From positions 1 to 53,920 of the forward strand of contig JAURAC010000024.1 in NCBI GenBank assembly GCA_030586555.1: 53,920 nucleotides of DNA, read 5' to 3'. A program made the translations under genes and the position numbers. Source of the stretch: Candidatus Subterrananammoxibius californiae (GTDB lineage: Bacteria > Planctomycetota > Brocadiia > Brocadiales > Subterrananammoxibiaceae). The stretch's first letter is position 1; the number at the start of each line of letters is the position of its first letter. Under the pieces are notes generated by a model that did not search any database, was not told where the DNA came from, and worked only from the letters and a program-made list of their open reading frames with translations. Of the stretch, positions 25,554-35,446 are shown piece after piece.

Positions 25554-28073
25554 GTGAAATCTAACGTGTATAAGCTCAGGCGAATCAGTCAGATTTTTTG
25601 TTTTATTTTGTTTTTATGCCTTCTAATATATCTTGACCCTCTTACATCTCGTGGGCTTTCCCCGCAGGTATTCCTCCGCCTTAGTCCACTTTCTGCAATG
25701 GGAGCAATGGTCTCCGCAAGGGAGTTTATTATTGAATACTGGCCTGCCTTTGTGTTAATTATTGCCACCGTAGTGCTTGGTCGCTTCTTTTGCGCATGGG
25801 TATGCCCGATGGGCATGACGATTGATATTACGGACTCATTTCTAAAAAAAGTCAGGAGTCAAGAGTCAGGAGTCAGGAGTCAGAAATCTGGACTCAACAC
25901 TCAAAACTCAAGACTCAAGACTCAAGACTCAGGACTCAGGACTCTAAAGTATTACCTGCTTGCCTTCCTTATCCTCAGCCTCTTTATAAGTTCTCAGATT
26001 ATTGGCTGGTTCGACCCGCTGAGTATTGCCACCAATACATACACGTTTGTTATTCATCCCTATCTTATGCTTGTTATTAATGGTTTTTTTGGGTTTCTTC
26101 ATAATATTACTGCACCTGTAACAGACCCAATTCACGGCTTACTGAAGAATCTCTTCTTTGCCCTTTACCAGCCATTTTTTAAGGCACATTACCTGATGCT
26201 GTTTGTCTTTCTTGCAATAATATCTTTTGGTGTAATGTACTCAAGATACTGGTGCCGAAACATATGCCCGTTAGGCGCTTTATTAGCATTGGTTTCGGGT
26301 CAAGCTATATTTAAAAGGGTCGTTTCTGATAAGTGTACCGTGTGTGGGAAATGTGAATCTGAATGCAGGATGGGCGCCATAACCAATGAAGGTAAAGGTA
26401 CGATAGAAGGTGAATGTATACTGTGCATGACCTGTCAGAATATATGCCCGGATGGTGCGATTAGTTTTAAACGAGTTCAGCCTGTAAAGCAAAACGTAAC
26501 GGTTGACCTTTCAAAGAGGGGGTTTTTCATTGCTTGCCTTTCTGGTATCGCTGCGATACCAGTGTTAAGGCTAAATTCGCAATCCGCCTCAGGCAGACTA
26601 AACAAAGGGTCTTTTCCTATCATAAGGCCACCTGGCGCTGTAGACGAAGATGGTTTTCTCTCAAAATGTGTGCGCTGCGGTGAATGTATGAGGGTTTGCA
26701 AGACCAATGGATTACACCCAACTACACTTGAAACAGGCCTTGAGGGGTCGTGGACGCCGAGGCTAATCCCTCGGGTTGGGTACTGCGAGTATGGCTGTAC
26801 GTTATGCGGTCATGTATGCCCTTCAGGCGCTATAAAACCCCTTACTCTGGAAGCAAAGCAGCCATTAGCCATTGGAAAGGCGCGAATAAATCAAAGCAGG
26901 TGTATTCCCTGGGTTGGTTACGCCTCATTGCCAGAATTAGAAAAGGATTGGAAAGACGTTAATTGCGCAGTATGTGAGGAGGTTTGCCCCGTACCTACAA
27001 AGGCGATTCACTTCAACACATACACCGATAGCCAAGGCCGTGAGATTAGGAGGCCCTTTGTGAGAGAGGATGTTTGTACAGGGTGCGGATTTTGTGAATA
27101 CGCATGCCCGGTTCGGGGGGTGGCGGCAATTGTTGTGGAGGGAATCCAGCCACAGGTAGAAGTCAGGATAAGGTATCCATCAACTACCTTTGCCTTGCCA
27201 CAAAAGATTGAATCCTGGGAGAGGGTTGCTGAACCTGTCGTATATACTGGTAAGGACAAACTTTATGAATATATAGATGGAGGGGCAGAGCCTTATCTCT
27301 CCTTTGCCTTCAATCAGGTTGCTGTTGCCGAATATAGGCTTATAGGGGCAGGTTTGAAACCTGCCCCTACGGTAAAGGTGGATATATGGGAGTTCAAAAA
27401 TTCTGATGACGCATACGGCGCATTTACACTTGACAGGACTGGCAAGCAAATAGCCATTGGCGATGAAGGCGCCATATACGAAAATTTCTTATGGGTATGG
27501 AAGAACAATTATTATATCAGGATTGAACCCCGTACTGGCACGGAAACATCAGACGATGTTAAGATTATTGGGGAGGCTATACTATCGAAACTTTCAGCCG
27601 TAACAGTATCCAAGCCTAACCTTCTTACCTACCTGCCTGATGAAGGGCTTATTCCTGAAAGTATTAAATTTTTTCACGAAAAGATAATCTTAGATAATAT
27701 ACTTATAACGGAACATTTTATTGAGAAAAACATTTTTGGGTTGAATCAAAAAACGCAGGTAGTTATAGCAGATTACAAGACAAAACAAGAAGGTGAACTG
27801 ATAAGATTAATGATAGCAAAATACCCTGGCACAGAGGATGCTAAAAAGGCATTTAATGACTTTGTGGAGCTTAGGAAGGGATGGGGGGAAATCTCCCTGA
27901 ATCCCACTTTAGAAAAATGGGAATTACTGACTTTCCAGGACCAGGCGTCCGCCTCAGGCGGATTTAGTACGCTATGCTATCATGGGAATCTTGTCATTGC
28001 AACATTTCTTTCAAAAACAAAAGAAGATGCTGAAATGTACGTTAAACTTGTCCTGGCGAGATTGGAAAGCTGA
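25554..28073 (+). CDS. Membrane polyferredoxin (NapH/MauN-like + NapG/MauM-like) with a soluble C-terminal domain
   Basis: GRFFCAWVCP, RYWCRNICP, several CxxCxxCxxxCP motifs and IRPPG; carries repeat-derived inserts. Confidence 0.85.
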   Translation: MKSNVYKLRRISQIFCFILFLCLLIYLDPLTSRGLSPQVFLRLSPLSAMGAMVSAREFIIEYWPAFVLIIATVVLGRFFCAWVCPMGMTIDITDSFLKKVRSQESGVRSQKSGLNTQNSRLKTQDSGLRTLKYYLLAFLILSLFISSQIIGWFDPLSIATNTYTFVIHPYLMLVINGFFGFLHNITAPVTDPIHGLLKNLFFALYQPFFKAHYLMLFVFLAIISFGVMYSRYWCRNICPLGALLALVSGQAIFKRVVSDKCTVCGKCESECRMGAITNEGKGTIEGECILCMTCQNICPDGAISFKRVQPVKQNVTVDLSKRGFFIACLSGIAAIPVLRLNSQSASGRLNKGSFPIIRPPGAVDEDGFLSKCVRCGECMRVCKTNGLHPTTLETGLEGSWTPRLIPRVGYCEYGCTLCGHVCPSGAIKPLTLEAKQPLAIGKARINQSRCIPWVGYASLPELEKDWKDVNCAVCEEVCPVPTKAIHFNTYTDSQGREIRRPFVREDVCTGCGFCEYACPVRGVAAIVVEGIQPQVEVRIRYPSTTFALPQKIESWERVAEPVVYTGKDKLYEYIDGGAEPYLSFAFNQVAVAEYRLIGAGLKPAPTVKVDIWEFKNSDDAYGAFTLDRTGKQIAIGDEGAIYENFLWVWKNNYYIRIEPRTGTETSDDVKIIGEAILSKLSAVTVSKPNLLTYLPDEGLIPESIKFFHEKIILDNILITEHFIEKNIFGLNQKTQVVIADYKTKQEGELIRLMIAKYPGTEDAKKAFNDFVELRKGWGEISLNPTLEKWELLTFQDQASASGGFSTLCYHGNLVIATFLSKTKEDAEMYVKLVLARLES

Positions 28074-28256
28074 TTGATAGATTGAGATACAATCGGTAAA
28101 TATTGCAGGCAGGAGGGCAAAAAAGTAACCATGCTTTTTGCCCTAAAAGATTTTTTTGTTGAAAAAGCCTTTATCAATTTGTTATATTAGTAGGCGCATA
28201 ATTGGGTAAATCTTTATTTTATATATTGTTGAGACTTCGTATAAGGGTTTTTGTAT

Positions 28257-28526
28257 ATGGGAATATTGCAGGAACGTAAGGAAGAAATAATTAAGGGTCT
28301 TAGAATCCACGAAAGCGATACTGGTTCCCCGGAGGTACAGGTTGCCTTATTGACCGAGAGGATAAACCGCTTGAGCGACCATTTAAAGGTACACAAAAAG
28401 GACTTTACATCACGAAGGGGTCTGCTTAAGATGGTCGGTCGAAGGTCAGCCCTTCTAAAGTATTTGACACAGGCGGACAAGGAGCGGTATCAAAAGCTTA
28501 TTAGTAAACTGGGCATCCGCCGTTAA
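28257..28526 (+). CDS. rpsO: 30S ribosomal protein S15
   Basis: [13 protein letters not shown] and [12 protein letters not shown] motifs. Confidence 0.98.
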   Translation: MGILQERKEEIIKGLRIHESDTGSPEVQVALLTERINRLSDHLKVHKKDFTSRRGLLKMVGRRSALLKYLTQADKERYQKLISKLGIRR

Positions 28527-28636
28527 CAGACGTACAAAAATTGGAAAATGGGAAATGCAAATTTAAAATTTTCAATTTGCAGTTTCCAACTCTTTTTGTT
28601 GAAAAAGAGTGTGTGTCGTATGGAGGTAATAAAAAT

Positions 28637-30736
28637 TTGAGTTTTAAGGTTGAGAGGGCATTAGGTGGCAGGAATCTGATTATTGAAGCAGATAAGGTTG
28701 CAAGACAAGCAGATGGTTCAGCGTTGGTGAGTTATGGAGATACAGTGGTGTTGGTGACCGCTGTATCTGGTGGAGTGAGGGACGGAGTTGATTTCTTCCC
28801 ATTAACAGTAGATTACAGGGAAAAGACGTACGCTGCTGGAAAATTTCCAGGTGGATATTTTAAGCGGGAGGGAAGGCCGACAACAAAAGAAATTTTGACG
28901 ATGCGTCTTATAGATAGGCCTATTAGACCCCTCTTCCCACCTGATTATTTTAACGAAGTTCAAGTTACAGGGGCAGTTCTATCGGCAGACAAGGAGAATG
29001 ACCCTGATATATTGGCAATGATAGGCGCATCAGCCGCCTTGTCTGTTTCAAGCATTCCATTTTGTGGCCCAACCGGCGCAGTCAGGGTCGGTCGAGTAAA
29101 TGGGAATTTCGTAATAAATCCGACCCATTCTGAACTTGATGTAAGCGACCTCGATTTGGTCATTGCAGGAACAGAAGATGCAGTCATGATGGTAGAGGCG
29201 GCTGCAAAGGAGCTTCCTGAAGACGTTGTAATTGAAGCAATAATGTTTGGCCACAAATGGATTAAGGAAATAATTTCGTTACAGAAAGAACTATTAAGCC
29301 TTCATGTAAAACCCAAACAATCGGTATCTAAAACAGTTATCGACGAGCCTCTTTTTAAAGAAATTGAGGAAAAGTTTTACGGTGAAGTAAAGAGGAGAAA
29401 TTTAATCCCTGGTAAGCAGACACGCCAGCAAGCCATTGACGAATTAATGGATGAACTTGTAAAGGAATATTGTACAGGTGATAACCCGAGGGCTAAAGAA
29501 GGCGTTATAAAGCACATCTTTGAAACACTCGAACGTCAAGCTGTCAGGGAATCCATAATAAAAGACAAAAAGAGGTGCGATGGCCGAACGATAACAGATA
29601 TTCGGCCCCTTGTGTGTGAGATAGGTGTACTGCCAAGAACGCACGGTTCTGCCATATTCACGAGAGGCGAAACACAGGCACTTGTTGTAGCCACCCTGGG
29701 CACGACAATGGATGAACAGTGGGTAGATTCTCTTGAAGATGAATATTCTAAAAAGTTTATGCTGCATTATAATTTCCCTCCGTTTTGCGTTGGAGAGATA
29801 AAGCCCGTTTTTGGGCCAAGCAGAAGGGAAATTGGCCACGGAGCGCTGGCTGAAAAGGCACTTGAGGCCGTCCTCCCACCACCCGAAAAATTCCCCTATA
29901 CTATTCGTATCGTTTCTGACATCCTTGAATCTAATGGGTCTTCTTCTATGGCTACTGTTTGTGGCGGCATTCTGTGTCTAATGGATGCAGGCGTCCCAAT
30001 TAAAGACCCTGTCGCTGGAATTGCAATGGGTCTTGTCAAGGAAGGCAATGAGATAGCAATACTTTCAGATATCCTCGGTACAGAGGACCATTTTGGGGAT
30101 ATGGACTTTAAGGTGGCAGGCACGCAAAAGGGTATAACTGCCATTCAAATGGATATGAAGATTTCCGGAATTGATGATAATATTTTAACAAGAGCCCTTG
30201 CACAGGCCAGGGAAGGCAGACTGTTTATATTACGTGAGATGTTAAAAGCCATTGATAGACCACGTAAAGAGATTTCTGTTCATGCACCACGGCTCATACA
30301 GATTAAGATAAGAACAGAAAAAATAGGGATGATTATAGGTCCCGGTGGAAAAACAATCAAGAAGATACAGGAAGAAACAGGCGCCCGTATCGAAATTGAT
30401 GACGATGGCACTGTGAAGATTTCCTCGCCCATTAGCGCTAATGCCGAGAAAGCGCGTATGCAGATAGAAAGGATGACTGAAGAGATACAGATTGGTAAGA
30501 CCTATACCGGTAAGGTATTATCCACAAAGGAATATGGCGCATTTGTGGAGGTGCTTCCTGGACAGGATGGACTTGTTCACATTTCTGAACTCTCCGATGG
30601 TTATGTTGAAAAGGTTGATGATGTAGTCAAGGTTGGAGAAGAAATTACGGTAAAGGTCGTTGGGATTGACGACCAGAAGCGAATTAAGCTTAGCAGGAAG
30701 GCAGCTTTAAAAGAACAACATCTTTCCAATGTCTAA
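28637..30736 (+). CDS. pnp: Polyribonucleotide nucleotidyltransferase
   Basis: FFPLTVDY, RREIGHG, SNGSSSMA, DMDFKVAG, KH and S1 domains; TTG start after GGAGG. Confidence 0.97.
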   Translation: MSFKVERALGGRNLIIEADKVARQADGSALVSYGDTVVLVTAVSGGVRDGVDFFPLTVDYREKTYAAGKFPGGYFKREGRPTTKEILTMRLIDRPIRPLFPPDYFNEVQVTGAVLSADKENDPDILAMIGASAALSVSSIPFCGPTGAVRVGRVNGNFVINPTHSELDVSDLDLVIAGTEDAVMMVEAAAKELPEDVVIEAIMFGHKWIKEIISLQKELLSLHVKPKQSVSKTVIDEPLFKEIEEKFYGEVKRRNLIPGKQTRQQAIDELMDELVKEYCTGDNPRAKEGVIKHIFETLERQAVRESIIKDKKRCDGRTITDIRPLVCEIGVLPRTHGSAIFTRGETQALVVATLGTTMDEQWVDSLEDEYSKKFMLHYNFPPFCVGEIKPVFGPSRREIGHGALAEKALEAVLPPPEKFPYTIRIVSDILESNGSSSMATVCGGILCLMDAGVPIKDPVAGIAMGLVKEGNEIAILSDILGTEDHFGDMDFKVAGTQKGITAIQMDMKISGIDDNILTRALAQAREGRLFILREMLKAIDRPRKEISVHAPRLIQIKIRTEKIGMIIGPGGKTIKKIQEETGARIEIDDDGTVKISSPISANAEKARMQIERMTEEIQIGKTYTGKVLSTKEYGAFVEVLPGQDGLVHISELSDGYVEKVDDVVKVGEEITVKVVGIDDQKRIKLSRKAALKEQHLSNV

Positions 30737-30924
30737 TAATGAGTCGGGAGCGCTAAGTTTTGAGTCCTGAGTCCAGGCTCCTGACTCTATACGCTCGACT
30801 CAGAACTCATTCTTTTGGTATAGGAGGTGAAAAGCGCAGCAAAAACAAATTTAGTAGTAGCAGTATCCTGACTTCGTGTGCTTAGTTGTAATAGTTGTAA
30901 GTGTTTTTAAATAAGGAGAGAAGA

Positions 30925-31149
30925 ATGGCAACCGGCAAGTCAACCGGCAAGGTAAAATGGTTTGATGCAAAGAAGGGGTTTGGTTTTATCGAGCAAGAGG
31001 GTGGGGTAGATGTCTTCGTTCACTATTCAAATATTGTTGGTGAAGGATTCAAGACATTGGTGGATGGTGAAAAGGTGGAATTTGATGTCGTTCAGGGTAA
31101 TAAAGGGCTGCAGGCTCAGAATGTAGTCAAAACCGATTCCGCCTCGTAG
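30925..31149 (+). CDS. Cold-shock protein
   Basis: [15 protein letters not shown] and DVFVHYS motifs; terminator-like hairpin at about 31166-31214. Confidence 0.95.
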   Translation: MATGKSTGKVKWFDAKKGFGFIEQEGGVDVFVHYSNIVGEGFKTLVDGEKVEFDVVQGNKGLQAQNVVKTDSAS

Positions 31150-31333
31150 AGTTATATACACTATAATGAGCCGGGAAGCCGATAAAGTACATTAATCTCT
31201 TCCTGGCTCATTTTGTTGGTACGGTAGACAACGGACTTTATGTCCGTTGAATCAACGCGCCCACGAAGTGGGCACCCTAACCCCGTTGTCTACCGAATTC
31301 TGGAAGATATTAATCTGTATCAGTAAGTCAAAA

Positions 31334-32146
31334 ATGGAAAAGAAGCACATCGAATCTGAACGCATTTCTGACGTGGCAATGCTGGTTGGGGGGTTGGCGC
31401 ATGAGATAAAGAATCCTTTAAGTACTATGAGCGTCAATTTGCAGCTATTGAAAGAGGAAATTCAGGATGATGATACGGATAAGGGAAGGAGGATATTAAA
31501 GAAGATTCAAGTCTTGCAAAAAGAATCATCGAGGCTGGAAGAGATTCTCAATGATTTTTTAAGATTTACAAAAGAACAAGAGTTAGAGCTTGAAGAGCAT
31601 GATATAAATACTGTTGTGGACGAAGTTCTTGACTTTATTGCGCCAGAGGCACAACTTCAATCAATAAAAATACTTAAGCTATATGACCCTTCATTGCCAA
31701 AATGCTTTATTGATAATAATCTTGTGAAGCAAGCAATCTTGAATATCCTTATTAACGCACAGGAAGCCATGCCTGAAGGCGGCATCCTGACAGTTAAGAC
31801 CTCGTTAAACGAGAGAACAGTTCCGTGTACAAGACAGCACACTCCCTCTTTAGTGAAAAGCATCCGCCTTAGGCGGATTGAGGGACTTGCTTTTTACCCT
31901 GCGATTCAAATAGATTTTGCGGATACTGGCGTTGGGATACCTTCCGATAAAATCAATAAGATATTCCAGCCGTATTTTTCTACAAAGAAGACTGGAACCG
32001 GCCTTGGATTACCTACTGCAAAGAGAATTATTGAAAGGCACAAAGGAGCCCTTACAGTTCACAGCAAAGAAGGTGGAGGAACTAAATTTTCCATTCGTTT
32101 ACCATTAATTAGCAAATACGTTAGGAAAAGGGTTGGAGCTACATAG
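31334..32146 (+). CDS. Cytoplasmic histidine kinase with no sensor domain
   Basis: AHEIKNPL H-box, NILINA, DTGVGI and GTGLGL motifs. Confidence 0.9.
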   Translation: MEKKHIESERISDVAMLVGGLAHEIKNPLSTMSVNLQLLKEEIQDDDTDKGRRILKKIQVLQKESSRLEEILNDFLRFTKEQELELEEHDINTVVDEVLDFIAPEAQLQSIKILKLYDPSLPKCFIDNNLVKQAILNILINAQEAMPEGGILTVKTSLNERTVPCTRQHTPSLVKSIRLRRIEGLAFYPAIQIDFADTGVGIPSDKINKIFQPYFSTKKTGTGLGLPTAKRIIERHKGALTVHSKEGGGTKFSIRLPLISKYVRKRVGAT

Positions 32147-32155
32147 GCAAGTGTT

Positions 32156-33511
32156 ATGAAAAGGGTTAGCATATTGGTAATTGATGATGAGGAAAATCAT
32201 GCAGAGGCTACTGCTGAGACTCTAAGGCGCGTTGGCTATAAGTGTAATATAGCAACGAGAGGGAAAGATGGATTGAAAGCCATTGAGAATAGTGATGTAG
32301 ATATTGTAGTAACTGATTTAATTATGCATGACCTTAGTGGTATGGAGATACTTAAAGCTGCAAAGAAAAAATGCCCCGAAACGGAGGTAATAGTGATAAC
32401 GGGTTACGGAACGGTAGAAAATGCCGTATCCGCTATGCAAAATGGCGCAACAACCTTCCTCCTTAAACCAGTTAATATTGAACAACTTAGAACAGTTGTT
32501 GATAGCGCCGTACAAAAACAAAGTCTTTTTAGGAACAACATAGAACTCAAAAAGCAAATAGACGAAAAATTCGGCTTCTCCGGTATTATTGGAAACAGCC
32601 AGAAAATGCACCGCATTTTTAACATTCTAAAGCAAATTTCTCCAACCACAGCCACCGTCCTGATAATGGGAGAGAGCGGCACTGGTAAGGAACTCATAGC
32701 AAGGGCTATCCATCACAATAGCCCTCGAAAGGATAATCCCTTCGTAGTATTAAATTCCGCAGCTATATCAGAAAGTCTGCTTGAAAGCGAACTTTTTGGT
32801 CACGAGAAGGGCGCCTTCACTGGTGCAATATATCAAAGGAAAGGAAAATTTGAACATGCCGATGGTGGAACCTTATTCCTCGACGAGGTGGGTGACATGC
32901 CATTATCTACCCAGGTAAAATTACTCAGGGTGATTGAAGACGGCAAGATTGTGCGGGTTGGTAGCAATGACCCGACAAGTGCGGACGTTCGTATAATTGC
33001 CGCAACAAACCAGGATTTACCTAAATTGGTCAAGGAAAACAAGTTTAGGGAAGACCTTTACTTCCGCCTCAATGTTGTCTCACTCAAGCTGCCACCGCTA
33101 AGGGAAAAGCAGGATGATATTCCATTATTGATAGATGCTTTCATCAAAGACCTTTCGGGTATTCATGGAAAGCATATTATAGGCATGACCCCTGAGGCAC
33201 GAAGGGTACTTTATAGTTATAATTGGCCTGGCAATGTAAGAGAATTAAAAAATTGCATTGAGAGTATGGTGGTGATGAGCTTCGATGATGTTCTGGATAT
33301 TGATGATTTACCCGATTACCTGAGCAGAAGCCATGAAACCCTTCCACCTGTCAGTACCTTGCGTCCAGGAATGTCTTTGGCTGAGGCAGAAAAGGAGTTA
33401 ATTAAAGATACACTATCTTCATTTGGTGGTAATCGGGAGGAATCTGCAAGGGTGTTAGGCATTGGCGAACGAACGCTTTATAGAAAACTTGATAAATATG
33501 GATTAAAGTAA
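32156..33511 (+). CDS. NtrC-family sigma54-dependent response regulator
   Basis: Receiver domain, GESGTGKE, GAFTGA, WPGNVREL and Fis-type HTH. Confidence 0.95.
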   Translation: MKRVSILVIDDEENHAEATAETLRRVGYKCNIATRGKDGLKAIENSDVDIVVTDLIMHDLSGMEILKAAKKKCPETEVIVITGYGTVENAVSAMQNGATTFLLKPVNIEQLRTVVDSAVQKQSLFRNNIELKKQIDEKFGFSGIIGNSQKMHRIFNILKQISPTTATVLIMGESGTGKELIARAIHHNSPRKDNPFVVLNSAAISESLLESELFGHEKGAFTGAIYQRKGKFEHADGGTLFLDEVGDMPLSTQVKLLRVIEDGKIVRVGSNDPTSADVRIIAATNQDLPKLVKENKFREDLYFRLNVVSLKLPPLREKQDDIPLLIDAFIKDLSGIHGKHIIGMTPEARRVLYSYNWPGNVRELKNCIESMVVMSFDDVLDIDDLPDYLSRSHETLPPVSTLRPGMSLAEAEKELIKDTLSSFGGNREESARVLGIGERTLYRKLDKYGLK

Positions 33512-33546
33512 CTGTGTATTATACCGTACATCATATTTAGAACCGC

Positions 33547-33707
33547 TTGCAAAGAAACATCAAATATGGTATACTAATAATGGAATTGGAGGTGGTTTTT
33601 TAGGAGCTTTTCGTTCCTAAGCAGCATCCCCAACGTGCTGTCTCCTTTTCCACCTCCGATTCCATGTCAGAACAAAGAACACCCAATAATGGGTGTTCTT
33701 TTTTTGC
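33547..33707 (+). ncRNA. Candidate stand-alone structured sRNA with its own promoter and terminator
   Basis: TTGCAA-N17-TATACT (33547-33575); closing stem ATGGAATTGGAGGTGG/CCACCTCCGATTCCAT with two inner hairpins; terminator AAAGAACACCCA..TGGGTGTTCTTTTTTT. Confidence 0.55.
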
Positions 33708-33897
33708 TTTTATATTATTTGCTTCTTACGGTAGGAATAGGGGTTACATCTTGATTTGTGATTTATTAGTGATTTTCTTATGATATTCTTGGTATTTTTA
33801 CTCTACGGCAATACAACAATACAATGGCACATAGAAATATGAAGGCGCTTTACATCATGTAATGTAGCGTAGCAATGAACGTAGAAGCATCGTTACC

Positions 33898-34311
33898 TTA
33901 CTCTTTGTAGAAAGGATTCTCTACATAATCTCCATTAAACCTTTTCATATGCTCCATAGCATCCGGTCTTTGCTGGAAGACATGTATTCTATTATCATTG
34001 GCTTCGTTTGTCACCAATTCGCTCTCAACAAAATATGCTACTTCTGAACTAATTTCTGTGCCGCGTATCTCGTCCCTTACTATTACCTTTTCTACTTTTT
34101 CTATATTGGGATTAAACCAACTAACCGCACAATAAATGGAACAAAATTTCTTTTCTGTACCATCCTTAAGATAAATTTTAACCTCGTATATAGGCGGTAC
34201 TATTGAGCCATCATAAGCGCATCTTGATGTACGGTAATATTTTTGATAAGTTGTACCTCCGATAGCAATTATGATTAATGCCACAAAAAATATAATTATA
34301 AACCTTTTCAT
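33898..34311 (-). CDS. NosL-like protein
   Basis: RCAYDG, FCSIYCA, AYFVES and F..G tail. Confidence 0.65.
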   Translation of the reverse strand: MKRFIIIFFVALIIIAIGGTTYQKYYRTSRCAYDGSIVPPIYEVKIYLKDGTEKKFCSIYCAVSWFNPNIEKVEKVIVRDEIRGTEISSEVAYFVESELVTNEANDNRIHVFQQRPDAMEHMKRFNGDYVENPFYKE

Positions 34312-34321
34312 GCCATTCGCT

Positions 34322-35356
34322 TTACAAGATTATTAGATGTGTACTTACCATTAGAACCGCGCCGAGGAGGCACAATATGGAGAAACCGAGCAACCTCTTT
34401 AAAGTGCCATCAACAATTACCTCTATATCCTTCTCAGCATAACCTCTACAAATAAGGGTCAAAAGCAATATCCAGCCAATGCCATAAGTACCCAAGATGA
34501 AAAGTCCTAAGATAATAGGTGCATCGGGTACAAGTCCATTTCCAATAAAACAATACATGCAGTGATGGTAGGGTAACTGCATTAACCTCGGCGATATAAC
34601 CTCAAAGAATGATAAAATGACAACAAGGGCGTTAATAGCCCCCAGCGTTATCGCTACGGAAATGGCAACTTTTTTCCACAAGGTATTTAACCCAACGATA
34701 CCCTGCCATAGCATATAAGCAAGTAAGCTTATAAGGGTGAGATTGGTAGTATAGTAGACAGGCAAAAGATTTTTCTCATAATGACCACCCAGGACTGCCC
34801 TTGGTATCATCGCCGATGCCCTTACTGGGATGTCATAAAATGTGGCGCAGCAAGAAACTGTCATAAGTGGCTTCATGCGGATAAAATAATATAAATCCCC
34901 GATAGAATCGGCTAATATAACTATACTGATAACTGCAAGAAGTGCAAACTTTCTTACGGCAAGAGGGGATGTATTTGTTTGATTATCTATATAGTAAAGT
35001 AGAAACCATCCGCCCATTGCAAAAAAGGCGATTGGTTTTATAATCTGGAGAAACCAGACTGTGTGAGGAAAAATCTGGGTAACCCCAAACATACACATAG
35101 CACCCGGCACTTCTGGAACATAACTTCTCAATGTAAAGTAGAAAAATGGCCAGGATGCCATTCTTACCGCAAGGATAACGCAGGCTATAAGGAGGACAAG
35201 GTATCCAGTCCTTTCAAGCCTTCCTTTCATCTCGCTGTTGTTTTCTTTTTCCCAATTCGTGACAAGCTTGTATGAAAGTGGTAATATTATTGCCCCGATA
35301 ACGAGGGATACGGCAGCGGCAAATAACATTATAAAGGTGTAAACGTTAATAATCAT
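34322..35356 (-). CDS. Integral membrane protein with Cys motifs
   Basis: Many transmembrane segments; VPGAMCMFG, SCC and HHCMYC; start at MIINV (the upstream extension is repeat-derived). Confidence 0.75.
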   Translation of the reverse strand: MIINVYTFIMLFAAAVSLVIGAIILPLSYKLVTNWEKENNSEMKGRLERTGYLVLLIACVILAVRMASWPFFYFTLRSYVPEVPGAMCMFGVTQIFPHTVWFLQIIKPIAFFAMGGWFLLYYIDNQTNTSPLAVRKFALLAVISIVILADSIGDLYYFIRMKPLMTVSCCATFYDIPVRASAMIPRAVLGGHYEKNLLPVYYTTNLTLISLLAYMLWQGIVGLNTLWKKVAISVAITLGAINALVVILSFFEVISPRLMQLPYHHCMYCFIGNGLVPDAPIILGLFILGTYGIGWILLLTLICRGYAEKDIEVIVDGTLKRLLGFSILCLLGAVLMVSTHLIIL

Positions 35357-35446
35357 AAGTGAGGGTGGCATGGACAAATCCACCAAACCGATAGGTGGAC
35401 TCGCCAATCTTTTTGGCGAGCTTGTTTGTCCGTGCTCAAGCATTTT

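Noticed and set aside
33800..33897. ANTAR-like or other regulatory RNA motif
   Set aside because: Only loose short repeats; no paired hexaloop stems and no downstream gene on that strand.
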